Shown here in pieces: positions 47,351-61,029 of a stretch of 64,000 bases of DNA; position 1 is the stretch's first letter; each line of letters starts with the position of its first letter. Under the pieces are notes generated by a model. It was not told the DNA's origin and made no database searches. It was given only the letters and a program-made list of their open reading frames with translations. The stretch is from NCBI GenBank assembly GCA_033442325.1, contig JAWQFM010000009.1, positions 80,702 through 144,701 of the forward strand, given 5' to 3'. This stretch comes from Salpingoeca rosetta. Lineage: Eukaryota > Protista > Choanoflagellata. The position numbers and the translations under genes are program-made.

Positions 47351-49235
47351 GTATGCTCCGTGTGGATCGAGAAGCCAGCGTCATCATGCGTGGGCGGTGA
47401 ACACGATGCATGAGACCGAGAGCAGCTCTCCACAGCTTGAGTGCGCATGAAAGACAGTGGCTGGTACATGCAAAGCAGCACAAGCAGCAACAACAACATG
47501 CAGGCAGTCGCACAGAAACAGATACAGCGGCAGCCAGGTTGTGCGAAGGCCAATGAGCCAACGCTCAGCGATAGCCTGTCAACAGACACACACACACATG
47601 CACGCATATGCGTGTGCGCATACCACGGATGTGCACGAACCCGACCGCCATCGCAGCGAAGGACCATCGGCTCTGGCGTTTTGGTGGCTGTTGTGTGGCT
47701 GCCAGCACCATCACTACCACCTGCATCAGCATGTGCAGCAACCGCAACAGCCGAGCGAGACAGCAAACTGTAGCAAGCCACATGGGAGCCAAGCAACTGC
47801 ACATGCACTCTCAATCGTGCATGTGTGTGTATGGGATCACTGTCCTTGAGCTTGTCACGCATGACTGCTCACCCTGGCCACCCCCTGCTCCCTTGTTTCT
47901 GCCCTATTCCTATTGCACGCGTGTGTGTGTGTGATGCCCAATTTGCAGCAACACGAGCGTGCCTACCAGAAGCAGCGTCTCATCTTTGAGAACAAGAAGC
48001 GCATCGGTGCTGCCAAGGTCAAGTCTTCTGAGCTCCGCTTCGTCAAGAACGTCGGTCTCGGTTTCAAGACCCCCCGTGAGGTACGCTTCGCCACTGCATT
48101 CGAGAGTCAAGAGGCCGCCGATGAGAGCGTGTGGTCTTCGCTTGCGTATCTTGCAGTCTTGTTTCTGGGAACAAGTTGCCGTGTGCCGTACCGTGTCTGC
48201 GCGCGTGCGTGTGCGCACCAGCGATACATGGCACCATCGGTACTTCCTTGCAACGCCACTGCTGCCGCTGCTGCTGCTCCATGTTTGCTTCTCAGCGCTC
48301 ACCACTCGTTCTCCTCGCCCTCTCTGCTGCTGCTTGCTTGTTTAGGCCCGCGAGCTCGAGTACATTGACCGCAAGTGCCCCTTCACCGGCGATGTCAGCA
48401 TCCGCGGTCGTGTCCTGAACGGTGTTGTCAAGACCCTGAAGATGCAGAGGTGCGTTTGTGTCGCTTGCTGCGTTTGGCGGTTGCGCTGTACCACTTTTTG
48501 AAAGACACATAATTGTGTGGTGTTGTGCTGGGTCGTGTGCGTTTTCTCTTTGGTGTGCCACCGCTGCCGATGCGCTGTCCTTGGCTTCGTGTTTGACACA
48601 CACGCACGCACACGCACACGCACACACACACACTCTCTCTCTCTTTCTCTCTCTGCTTCCTCCCCTCTGTTTTCTCCCTTTGGCCCCCGCAACTCATCAT
48701 GCGCGGTGCTTGACGATCTTGCCAAATGTTACAGGACTTGCGTCGTCCGCAGGGACTACCTCCACTTCATCCCCAAGTACCGCCGTTTCGAGAAGCGCCA
48801 CAAGAACCTGTCTGTTCACGTGTCCCCCGCTTTCCGTGATATCGCCGTCGGCGATGCCGTCACAATTGGCCAGTGCCGTCCTCTCTCTAAGGTATGGTGT
48901 GAATGCCTGTGAACGGTGTATGTGTCAATGATTTGAGTCGACTACTATGTGGTTGTGACATGTTCGATGGAAGAGGCGAAGTCATGTGTCGCGGGATGAT
49001 GGATGCCCTTGTTCTTCTGTATGGTTTGTGTCGCCGAACACTCACACACACACATACACACACACACACATACACACACACACACACACACTTCTCTCTC
49101 TCTCTCCCACTATGGATGCTGCAACTTCTTCGTTGTTGCCTTGTTTTGTGTTCTGGATATGTGTAGACCGTGCGCTTCAACGTGCTCCGCGTGCACAAGG
49201 CCAAGGGTGCCAAGAAGCAGTTCTCCAAGTTCTGA
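47205..49235 (+). CDS. RPS11: 40S ribosomal protein S11 (uS17)
   Basis: Micro-exon MEV (47205-47213), then [64 protein letters not shown] and TVRFNVL..KKQFSKF*. AATAAA lies near 49247. Confidence 0.98.
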
Positions 49236-49494
49236 GCTTCTAACTGAATAAACCCCCCTTTGTCGCGCAGCTGTTTGTTGATGATGATGGTCCCTGTTGG
49301 TGTTGCCGCTGTTCCCGCCAATATCACACAACAATGAACCGTTGATGTGGAACTGACGCACTGGCATTGCGAGAGGGTGCGCGAGGGACAAGAGAGCCGA
49401 GCGTACTTGTGTCTGATGCAGAAGTCTCACTTTCGCGCACGCTGACAAAACACAAACAACCTCAGACAAGAAGAAGGAAAGACCACGTGCGCGG

Positions 49495-49834
49495 ATGATG
49501 AGCTCGTCTTCGTCGTCGTGGTTGGAGCATATCAGTGCCACCAACGTGGCGCTGAGTGTTGTGATTGGCTATCTTGTGTACAAGGTGTTTGGCTTTGACA
49601 AGCGGGCCGAACAGAGGAAGGAGCAGGACCGCAAGAAGCGGGAGGAGGCCCTGGGACACGACAGGGTGTTCACACTGAAAGAGCTGCGCGCTTACGATGG
49701 CACAAAGCCAAGCAAGGAGCATGGCGGCGAGAAGCCCATCTACATTGCCGTGGACGGTGTCGTCTTCGACATGACTTCTGGCGCAGACTTCTACGGACCA
49801 GGTGAGTGCAACAAGAGTTGGAGGCTATACGCGT

Positions 49835-49923
<89 letters not shown>

Positions 49924-50214
49924 TATGTGTGTTTATGTGTCTGTGCCTGTGCCTGTGTCTGTGTGTGTCTGTGTGTCTGTGTGTCTGTGTGTCTGTGTCT
50001 GTGTCTGTGTCTGTGTGTGTTTATGTGTGCCTGTGTGTTTGTGTGCCTGTGTATCTGTCTGTATGGTGCATGCTTCTGCTCTTCCTCATAACGCATGTTG
50101 TTGTGCGTTGCTTCTACGCACTCCTCAGGTGGACCATATGCCGGGTTTGCTGGCCACGATGCCACCCGTGGAATGGCCACGATGGCGGTTGGACTGGTAC
50201 GTACGTACGTATGT

Positions 50215-50248
<34 letters not shown>

Positions 50249-50273
50249 TGTGTGTGTTGTGTGTGTGTGTGTG

Positions 50274-50321
<48 letters not shown>

Positions 50322-50584
50322 ATCTGTCTGCCTTTCTGTCTGCCTTTCTGTCTGTCTGTCTGTGTGCCTTTCTGTCTGCCTTTCTGTCTGTCTGTCTGTG
50401 CATCAACTCGTTCTCATTGTGCACTCCCCTCACCACCACCACCACCCCTCAACCACACATCACGCTCCTTCTTTAGGTTTCTGAAGAGTGGGATGACACG
50501 TCGGATCTGGACGAGCATGAGCGCCAGACCATGCTCGAGTGGAAAGAGAAGTTTCTCAGCAAGTACCCAGTGCGGTACGTCAAC

Positions 50585-50625
<41 letters not shown>

Positions 50626-50844
50626 TGTGTCTGTGTCTGTGTCTGTGTCTGTGTCTGTGTGTGTGTGTGTCTGTGTCTGTGCCTGTCTGTCTATCTATCT
50701 GTCTGTCTGTCTATCTGTTTGTCTGACTTTGCGTGCATGCGTGCTTTGCCTTATTACCTCTGCTCCGTCTTCTCAACCGTCCTCAACTCACTCTTCACGC
50801 CATCTCCCCTGCAAATCAGAGGGACCCTCGTCAAGAGCAAGTAG
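49495..50844 (+). CDS. Membrane-associated progesterone receptor family (PGRMC/Dap1-like), cytochrome b5-like heme/steroid-binding protein
   Basis: N-terminal TM helix, then FTLKELRAYDG, IYIAVDGVVFDMT, FYGPGGPYAGFAGHDATRG, DDTSDL and W..KF..KYPVRGTL. Exons 49495-49801, 50129-50196, 50477-50574 and 50820-50844. Confidence 0.93.
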
Positions 50845-50859
50845 CCGCGTCACAAGACC

Positions 50860-50942
<83 letters not shown>

Positions 50943-51463
50943 GCGCTTTCGTTCGTTTGCCTGCACCTTGTCTACTGTTGGGAACGCTGCGTACTGCCAA
51001 ACAACAGACGCACGTCCACACGACCACTACAAATAAGAAGCAAGCCAAGCACAAACACGGGTCTGTCAAAGCGAAGGAGTGGTGACGATGACGTGATATC
51101 AACAAAGGCAAGCAAAGTCTAACAAATGTTGTGTAGTGTAAGTGCACACGACACAAAGAACACACACACACACACACGAACAGAGCTGCGCACATCACTT
51201 CTTGTGCACCTAGGAACACTCAACCGAAACAACCAACCAACCAACCAATCAATCACACAAAGCCAGCCAGTCGTCGTGCCGCGCATGCAGCACATATACA
51301 ATCATCGCGCCATAGCAGGAAGCAGGAAAGCCAGAAGAAACGACGAGTCAAAGAAGCGGGAAAGCAGCCGGGGCAATGACATGTCATGTAACAACAAAAG
51401 GAAAGGAGGGAGAGAAAAGAAGACGTCAAGTGAAGGAAGACAACCACAACCCATACAAGATGA

Positions 51464-51651
51464 TCAAGTGCGTGCTTGTGTCCTCTTGTTCAGCGGAGAT
51501 GCGCTCTGCACAGTGAATGAAGAAAACGGTAGGCACACAACAGCAGAGCATGAGATATTGGTCACGTGCTCGTATCATGCGAATACACAGACAAACAGCC
51601 GCTTCAACCCACAAACACCTCATTTCAACATACTCTCAACAACAACAACAA

Positions 51652-51686
<35 letters not shown>

Positions 51687-54600
51687 ACAACAACAACAAC
51701 ACAAGCGCTGCAACGCAGCCTCGCAAACACATATCACGCCAGTTTCAAACAAAACCAACAACCATACTTACGATGGAGATGCGAAAGTCCTCAATCTTCT
51801 TAAAGGGTGCAATAATTTCCTTGAGCTCCGGGCGCAGCTGGCCAGGGTAGCGGTGGTCTTTGCTGTAGTGCAGAAGCGCCCACAGCTTCTCAAGCCCGTA
51901 CAAGTGGCCCTCGTTGTGTTCCCACAGCACCATGTCCTGGAACTCCTGATACAGGTCAAACCGGTACCGCTTCTCCAGGCCGTAGCTGTAAAACCGGAAC
52001 AGGCACTCCATACCGTACCTGACGTGGTGCACAGCAATCAGCGACACACACACATCATGCAAAGTGTATGAGCATGTGGCTGAAATAACTCGCAAAGAGG
52101 TGTTCAAACGACGGAACAATGTAAACGAACACGACACGATGAAACATAACTCAATGCAACAGCATGACGCAATATCAACCACCCCCTCTTCTACACGCAC
52201 GCACACAGCACATTGAACGCACCGAGAGCCAGCCTTGTGATCCTCCATGGCGAGCTTCTTGAACTCGGTGTACATGTTCTTGTTGAAGTGCTCGCGCAGG
52301 AAGAAGGACCAGAACCGGAAGAGGTTGCGCATCTCCTGTGACCTTGCCGGGCCAAGGCGCTTGCGAGCTCGCAGCGCCTGTGCATGGTACTTGCTGTACA
52401 CGTGTCGCTGCGTCGCGTCCTCACCGTTGATGTAGCGGCTAACGTCACGGCGCTGGGGCTTAGTATTCTGCTGCGTGCGAGAAGGGAAAGACAAGCCGTG
52501 AGTGGGCAAGAGAGAGAGAGAGAGAGAAAATAAACACATGCACGCGCACAACCGATGGAGCGTTGTGACATGCGACACCGTGCAACGCAGTCAGCAAAAT
52601 CACGAAACGATTATGGCGCTCACAAAAAAAAAAACAAGCGAGCAAATGGAACGCAGAGAAGCAGGGGCTGTGTTACGTACCGCGCTGCGGACATCTTCCA
52701 CCGAGCCCTGTGGCTGGTATGGCTCCGCATCGGGGTTCATGACCCAGCCAATCGAGTCCTCATGCTCTGGGCGGGTGCTGTACTTTGACTTGTAGGACTT
52801 GCCCTTCTTGAGCGGCGATGGCTGCAGTGCGAGCGAAAAGAAGGGAAAAAAGAAAACAACAAACACAACGAGATGATCACGGAAAGATCAGCAACCAGCA
52901 TGCAAAATTCATACATCACACAACAAGCACACACACACACACAATCCACACGCTTCACGTACAAACACAAGAAGTCATGCAGCAACCAACCTCTGGTGTG
53001 GTCTTGGCTGGGAAGAAGCGGCCGCCCTGGCGCATCTCATTTGGTGTGAGTGGAAGCGGTGCAAGCGCAGTGTCGGCGCGCGGCGAGCCAACACTGCTGG
53101 CACGAATGCGATCGGACGACACAACGTCGGACACGGCCATGTGCTCCGGCGCCTCGCGCACAGACCCACTGCGCGGCTTGGAAATCTCCTCCAATGCCTC
53201 GGGCTGTTGGTGATGTTGGGTTGGGGGGGGGGCATGGAAGGAAAGAGGGAAATCACGAGCAGAGATCGGGGGAACGGAAAAGCAGCAAGCAGGCGATTAA
53301 CGACAAAACCATCATGAATGCTGAACACTGCACGGCAGCAACAACAGGTCTGGTACCGAACACAAGGCTCGCTCCATACAAGCACAGTGTTGAAGACAGA
53401 TAAACCATGGAGCACAAACGCATCACATCATATCATGCAGTGATTTCAGGCGCAGTGATTTGCAATCACAGTTTCATTCAATTCTTCTCCCTTACCCGAA
53501 TCACAGTCTTGGAACCCAGGTGGGCACGGCGTGTTGCTTCGTACCTATCAAAGTACTCACGGTCAGCCTGTGAGCCACAAGGGCGGAAGGCAGCACAGGA
53601 GCATGTCGGATGCCATGCGTTCAGGTGGTAGGTGCGGGTCAGTCGTATGGGAACCACCGAAGCTCAGCAACACGCAAGCGGCAACGTGTAAAACAAAGGG
53701 AAGCAGACCAAATACGCAAGAAGAAACATGGAGGAAAGGTTCTCGGACCAAAAACAACAGAAAAGAGGAGGCGGTCAGTTCGTGTACAACAGCGACAGAG
53801 AGCTGCCCACGGCTTGGCCAATGCCCGCTTGTGCCATCAGAACGCGGCAAAGAAGCACGCGAACCACGACACAAAAGTAAAACTGCAGATCGGGTGCTGA
53901 TTGCATCATCAGCAAGACGCTCAACAGTGCCTTTCATGACCAACAGCGGTCGCATTTGCAGCATGAAGAGCAAGGGAGGAAGACCTCCACAAGCACACAC
54001 GCACAGCAAAGACCACACACTGCAGGCATCAAAGGACACTGCACACAAGCGCATGCGATGCCGCAAGGCAACACAAGAAATGCACTTCACCAGGCAACGG
54101 CCAGAGTGCCGAGGGTGCTGTGTTGGCCAAAGGAGAGCACGAGCGACAACTCTGTCTCAGCAAGGAAAACCCTTGCCAAGACTGGCCGCATTGGCTCAGG
54201 CGGCCAACACAGCGCACTCTTCAGAGAATGGATAAACTAGTCTCCATCATTCCGCCAAACAAGAATGAAGGGGGAACAGACGCAAACATCAAAGTCGCGT
54301 GGATTGTCCACAGAAGGAGAAAGAAAGAGAGAGACCCATTGAAACGATGGACGTGCAGACAATCAGGGGGGAGAAGAGTGGCAGGAGAGAAAGAACTCAA
54401 GGAAGGACGGCGAGCACAAAAACAACTGTTTTGCTCAGTGGTTGTCTCAGAGCAGTGAAAGGCACAGAAGCACGGCAGACTTATGTACACTTATACACAC
54501 ACACGGCACGTACCTCATACTCCTCAAAGTCAGCCATGATTTCGCGACGGAGGCCAGCCCGCTTTGTTGCGCGCTTCACGCTCACGCCGGTGCGATCCTT

Positions 54601-55331
54601 GCCCTCATGCTTCAGGCGCCTCGGTTTCGACGGCTGTGGAGGTGTAGATGTGGGTGCGTTTGTGACAAGCGGTGAAGGTGGTGTGAAACGTGAGTTGGTA
54701 GGAAACCACATACATGGTCAAGTTGGTGCGGGTGCTTCATGTGCGTGGATGTTGTGTTGACCGCACTTGTCACGTGCGGCGGGCGTGCACCCAAAGTACA
54801 ACAAGAGCTCCCAAGAAATACATGGCACGCCCAACAAGAGCAGGTAATCAGGCACAACCCGCACCCGTCGTAGCCCATCGTCAACTCACCGTGGAGATGA
54901 TGATGGTCAAGCTCTGCAGGTCTTCGTCCTTGAAGTCATCGGAAAGGCTGAGCGCGGAAACACAGCAAAACAAGAAAACATGTCAGAAGCGTGTCGCAGG
55001 AGCAAAACGAAGGCTGACATCACAAAACATGATTAAATTCAACAAAACCAAAACCAGACCATCAATGAATACAGCACACACACACGCGCGGGGTCGCGCA
55101 TTCACACACAGCGATCGCTCTCCACATCACCATCACCATCACCGACAGCATCCATACGTACTCTTCCTTGCTGAAGGCAATCTGTTTGGGCCGCTGCGAT
55201 CCAGGTTTTTGCAGCAGCAGTTGCTCTGTCACCGAGTCTGGCGCCAAAGCATTGTCCGAAGGCTCCCTAGGTACAGCGGTGTCCTCATTGTCAGGGGTGG
55301 CCGGTGCATTGTCTTGCGGCTTCTCTTGCTC

Positions 55332-55374
<43 letters not shown>

Positions 55375-58300
55375 TCTGCTGGTGATGCTGAGCTTGGCTC
55401 CGCCTTCTTCGCCTTGCTCTTCCGCTTCTTCTTCTTCGTCTTCTGCAACAGAGTAAGCGTCAAAACAAAACAACCGGTGAGCTCCGTGTGATGGAAAAAT
55501 GCAACCAAGAGTATAAGGCAGGTAGCCGCGCTTGAAGCACAGCAACCCCACAGCCTGTCTCCCCCAATTAAAACCATTGACCGAGTGTCGGTTTCAGGTT
55601 TTAATTAGAAGTACAAGACGAAAGCAACACAACTTCTCCACAACAACAACATCAACATCAACGAAAACAACAACAACAACAACAAGAAGACAACTGCGAC
55701 ACACGCACTCCTCCTGACAAACAGCTGTACGCATATGACGATGCAACTCGTGACAAAGCACGGAGAACCGTGCGATGCAATCACAAATCGATCATGCGAC
55801 AGAAGCTGACAGAGAAAGGGGCGCGAACGCATCCGACTAAGAAACGAAACACGGGAATGACAACACCACATCAACAGGACGCTCTAGGAATGTGAAACGG
55901 CTGAAAGGGGGAGAGAAATAGAGAAGAGGGGGAGAGAGGAGGAAGGGGGGCTTGGTTGGCTGGTTGGTTGAGAGGTTGGTTGGATGGTGAGAAGGGCACG
56001 GAGGGAGGAAGGGATGAAGATATAGAGACTTGGGGGGGGGCAGGCAAAGAGGAGGAAATTTCACGGACAGGTCGGGAAGAAGGGATGTGCTTGGGCACAG
56101 CGGCATTGGATGACCCGTTGCCCCATGAACAATGAGAGCCATGGGGCGGACCCAAGCGCAAGGAAAAACTAAACAGAAACCTCACGCGGTGTGAGAAGTG
56201 CGAAAGAAGAAGCGACCGATTATCCCAAGCACGAGCTTGGTGCAAGAAATGAAAAGAGGGGGGAAAACGCCGCAATACCAAAGTGGCCACCACGGTTGCT
56301 GAGAGCGCAAAACAGGATGTGCTGCAAAACGCACAGAGCCGCTGCGATTGGCGACAACAACGACGTCAAAGCAGGCAGAGCTCACAATACGCTGTACTAT
56401 GTGGCGTCATTGATACGAATTGGGGCTCGGCTAGACGAGAGGGATGAGAAACTAGGCCGGCCGGAAAAGAGGGGAAGAGGGCGTGTGTTGCGCGTTTGAG
56501 CCATGGGATCGCTGGTGACGTGCGGTGGACAACGCGAAGCGGGCGACAGCTTCATTGTGGCACGGCGGTTTGAAAGGGAAGAGGTGCATGGACAGGAAAA
56601 CAATGCCATACACACGACAAAAGCGCAATCTGTAAAATGGGGATCAACCCATCCCAACGGCGACTGACCCAGCGTTCAAACAACCACAAAAGAAGTGCAG
56701 AACAACACGCGCGAGCCAACAGCAGAAACAAGAAAAGAAACCAAAAGAATGCGAGCTAGTTTCAGTAGCGGGTGATGGAAGGGATAGATGACAACACCAA
56801 GCACGCTTTGAACAAGGGAAAGCACCCAACTTGATCGCCTCCGCACAGCTTCAAGGCATCCCAATCAACTCACAGCAAGCGAAGTGACCAGGCTCCAAGG
56901 TGAAGGCTTCCAACCGTGCCAAAACAAGCAAACAAAAAAAAAGCCAACCGAGGGAAGTGAGAAAAGAAGGGAAAGGGGTAGGGGGAAAGAGCAACGCTGG
57001 ATGTTGGAACGACGGGACAGCACGCGTCCCCTCTACCAGTATGTACGTGCTCGAGAAAAGGGGCAAGGGGTGCGAGAAAGGGCGAAACAAGGCATGAAGA
57101 ACCAAAGCAACAAAGCGGATAAAGAAACGTGACACACGATCACTATCAGTCACAACACAGCCACAACAAGCCAACGCAACATGCAGGGCGAGAGACGCCA
57201 TTGTGACGAATACAAGAGAGACAGTCATGTCAGGGGGAGGCGTGGACGGAGACGGAAACGGTCGAGCGAGTGGGAAGATGGGGTGGAGGTAGGAATGAGC
57301 GCAAAACAGAGATGGTAAATGAAAACTGCACGGATCACGAATGCCGAGATGATGCTGATGCTGTTAGGCTGCGTTCCGATGGCTCCAGATCACATGGCTG
57401 GTGTAGGCTCGGGAAGCAACACACGCCCCTAAAACAGAAGGAAAAACAAACACACGGAAAAGAGAAAACAACAAGAGGAACAAGATGTGGTCATGCACAA
57501 GGTATGACAACTATGGTTTGTGGAGGGAAACAAGACAAGGCCAGGAACAGAAACAACTGGACTACAATGCCACCCAAAGTACACAAGCGTTGAGAACTAA
57601 ATCAATGCAGCCTGCTTGGTGACGGAGCGCAAGAGCTCGCTTCAAAGCAACGGCTTACAGTTGGTTGTCTCACGGCACACAAGAAAGAAATGCAGACAAT
57701 GTGCATTGAAAAAGGTTGGGGAACAAGGGAGCGTTCTCCAGCCAAGTCCTTCCAACCGGTGAAAAACGTTCTCAAACACCCGAAAAATACAGGCCTGTCC
57801 GGCCAACCAAACCAACTGACGAACCCGAGTCAAAACCAAACACAGACAGGAGCCAGTGCACCTCTTCTACACGGACACGAGTGAGGAAGGAGATGGGGCT
57901 GAAAAGCGTGTGAGTGTGGCGCTCACCTCCTGCTGTGTGTCGTGAGGCGGTGTCTGATCGCCGGCGAAAAAAGGCTGTGGCATCAAACCAACGGTGGGCT
58001 CTGAACACAGGTGCAAGTCGGGGCGGGGCGTGGGCACGCGGAAATCAAACATGAGTGATACATAACGCAGTTCAGGCACAACACGCGCAGGCACGAACAC
58101 AAGAAACCGCAAACACATTGAAGCTTTGTGCATGTGTTTGTTTCGACAAGGAAACACACATGAGGTCATGCATATTGCGGAACAGACAACTCACTGCTGC
58201 TTGGATAGAATTCTGGGGCGTTGACAGCCTTCTTCAGGATCACTTCACTGGGTTCAAAGGCCCTGCGGCGAATGCCCAAGGAGTCGCCACGCATGACAGT

Positions 58301-61029
58301 CTCAAGCATGGGGCTCCTGTTGTGGTTGCGCAAACGCGTATGGCAAGAATGCGTGTCAATGTGCGCGAGAAGCATTCATTGAAGGACAATCAAGACTGCA
58401 GCTGCTTGCTCAAACTCAACGCGGCATACACGAACAAACAACCAACCAACCAACCAACCAAACAAACAAACAAACAAACAACCAACCAACCAACCAACCA
58501 ACCAAACAAACGTGCGTTGTACACTCACTGCATGAGGCTGTCGCGCGCGATTGCGAGGCGGGCCTGCTGGCCCGTGATCCCGTACATGTGCAGGTACTTC
58601 TGCACGCGCGGGAACTCGAGAAGAACCGTTGCAGGAACCACGCCGTCGGCATCCATGTGCTGTCGGAGGAAGTTGTCAGTGGCAAGGTTCTTGTCTGACA
58701 TGTAGTACTCAAGCTGGCTGCGCACAATGGTCATTGGGTCCGGGAACCCGTCTGCAAATAGACGTGAAATCATCAGGGGCGTTGGGGGGGGTGTAGAACA
58801 ATGCGTGGAAGAGTAACTGTAAGTGAGTGGCAGACTGGCATTTGTCCGTGTTGGTCTCACGACACAACAATCTTGACGAATAGCCCATCACTGCATGCAC
58901 GCAACAAGTGACAACGTGTAAACACAAGGGAGGCGACATAACCAGCGGGTATAACACACACACACCAAAAAAAGAGCAGAACATTGACGTGGAGTGAACG
59001 TACAGGTAGGCATAAACTCCTGGTTGGGAATGAACATGGGCGGCACTGCGAAGAGCAAACAAGGTGAGGTGAACAAGTCAAAGTGGGGTGAGAAACCAAG
59101 AGGCACTGTAAATGATGGCGGAATCGCACACTGCGCATGTCGTGCCAGATGCAGACAAAGTGATCACACTCGTGTACATGAACATAACACAGGGCGAATG
59201 ACACAAAGCCAATAACACAAAGATAACGCACTCATCATCTGAGGGTTGAACGGGGCCATGCCGGCATCCATCTGTGGCTGCCGCTGCTGCTGCTGCTGCT
59301 GCTGGGGGAGACCGTGCTTTTGTTGGTTGTGCTGTTGTTGGTGCGGCTGCTGCTGGTGCTGCTGAGGTTGCTGTTGTTGGTGCTGCTTCTTGCTGTTGTT
59401 GCTGCTAGCACCGCTGCCCTGGCGGCGTGGATGCCTGTGGGGCTGACCCTTGCGGCTTTGCTGGTTGCCACCACGACGGCGACCGCCGTTTGTGTTCTTA
59501 TCCGCGCTTTGCCTTTGGGCGTCGCGTGTCTTGGGTGTCTGCAGCCCAAGCTCGCCCTCAAAAGGCTTGAACTTGGCCTTGCTGCGGAAGTTGATCTTGC
59601 CGGAGTCCTGTGCAGCGGCATCGGCGGCGCTGCCGGGGCTGCTGGCGGTGGTTGCGCTGCTGCGTGAAGGGGCGTCGCCAGTGTTTGGCTTGGCAGCCTT
59701 GGTCGTCGATGCGGCAGCCTGGCCCTCGCCGGCGGGCTTACCGGCCTTAGCCTCTGTTGAGTCCGCAGCGACGACGGCGCCGAGTGACGGCCAGGCCGGG
59801 TCGTTCTTGTTTGCCGCAGCCTTGGCGGCTGTTGGGGCGGGCTTGGCCCAGCCCTTGGGGGTGGCCGTGGGCTGCTGGCTGGTGGCCGCCGCAGAGGAGG
59901 ATGGGTTGGTGATGGCGGCGGCGGAAGCAGCCGATGAGGAACATGTGGATGCCTGCGCGGCGCTGGCGGAAGAAGACTTGCTGGCGGTGACGTCAATCGG
60001 GTCACCCACGCTGCCCAGCGGGTTGTGAACGGGAGCGGCGGCTGTGCTTGAAGCCGTGGCTGGCGCGGGCAGCTTGACAGCGGTGGAGGAGGACTGCTGG
60101 CTGTTGAGGGTGAACGTGGGAGGAACGGTGACACCGGCATCGGCGTCATCAGCCTCCGTGTCCTGCTCGGGAGACTGGCGTGGGGTCTCCACTTGCTTCA
60201 CCTTGGGAGCAGGCGGCATGATGACCGCGGCGCTCGAGTCCGTGGCTGCGGTGGCAGTGGCATTGGCGTCCTTAGCGGTCGCGGTAGTAGCGGCGGCGGC
60301 GGCAGCGTCGGCCACCTTGGATTGCACCTGCTTCTGGGAACGCGGGTGCTTGATGACCTCTGTGATGGGCTTGCGCCAGGCGCCCATGACGTTGGGCGTC
60401 ACTGGGGCCTTTTTGGCGGGCTTCTGCTGCTGCTGCTGGCGCTTCTGCTGTGTCTGCTGCTCGGATCCCTGGGCCGGGTCGGAGGATGTGGAGGACTTGG
60501 AAGAGGAGCCTTTGCCCTGGCGGCCACCGCGGTTGCGGCGCCTGTTGCGAGAGGCTTTGCCACCGGCTGGAGCGGCAGCATCATCACGGCGCACCTCGCC
60601 GTCACGGGCACCCTGTGCCTTCTGCCCAGCACCGCGCTCCTTGCGCCAGTTGCGCTTGCTGGCGGCGGAAGAGGCGGCGGAGGAGGACGTTGCAGACGAG
60701 CCTGCACCAGATGTAGAGGGCGCGGGGGGGTCCTTTGCCAGAGCCTGCTTGGTGGGCTGGGCGCGGCGCTGGCGCTGGGGCTTGGGCTTGGTCTCAATTG
60801 CGGTCCATGCGTCGTCCTCGTCCTCCTGTGTGGCGGGGCGGCCCTCGCTCACGGCGGCGTTGGAGACGGGTGCTGTCGTGGTGTCCTCTGTGGCTTCCAC
60901 AGCATCAGCCACGTCTGAGCCACCGGTGGTAGTGGCGGCGATGGTGGCGTCCTCTGCTGTGCGTCGCTCTTGCTGTTCCTGAGCGGCAGCGACTGGCTGC
61001 TCGCTTTCCAGGTGGGTCTGAGTGCTCAT
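51464..61029 (-). CDS. LARP1: La-related protein 1 (La motif, PAM2-like motif, DM15)
   Basis: Large disordered exon 61029-59232. La motif IVRSQLEYYMSDKNLATDNFLRQHMDADGVV..FPRVQ, PAM2-like VNAPEFYP, and DRTG and IGWVM motifs. DM15: SQEMRNLFRFWSFFLREHFNKNMYTEFKKLAMED, RYGMECLFRFYSYGLEK, LYGLEKLWALLHY. The last exon and the stop at 51464 are tentative. Confidence 0.93.
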
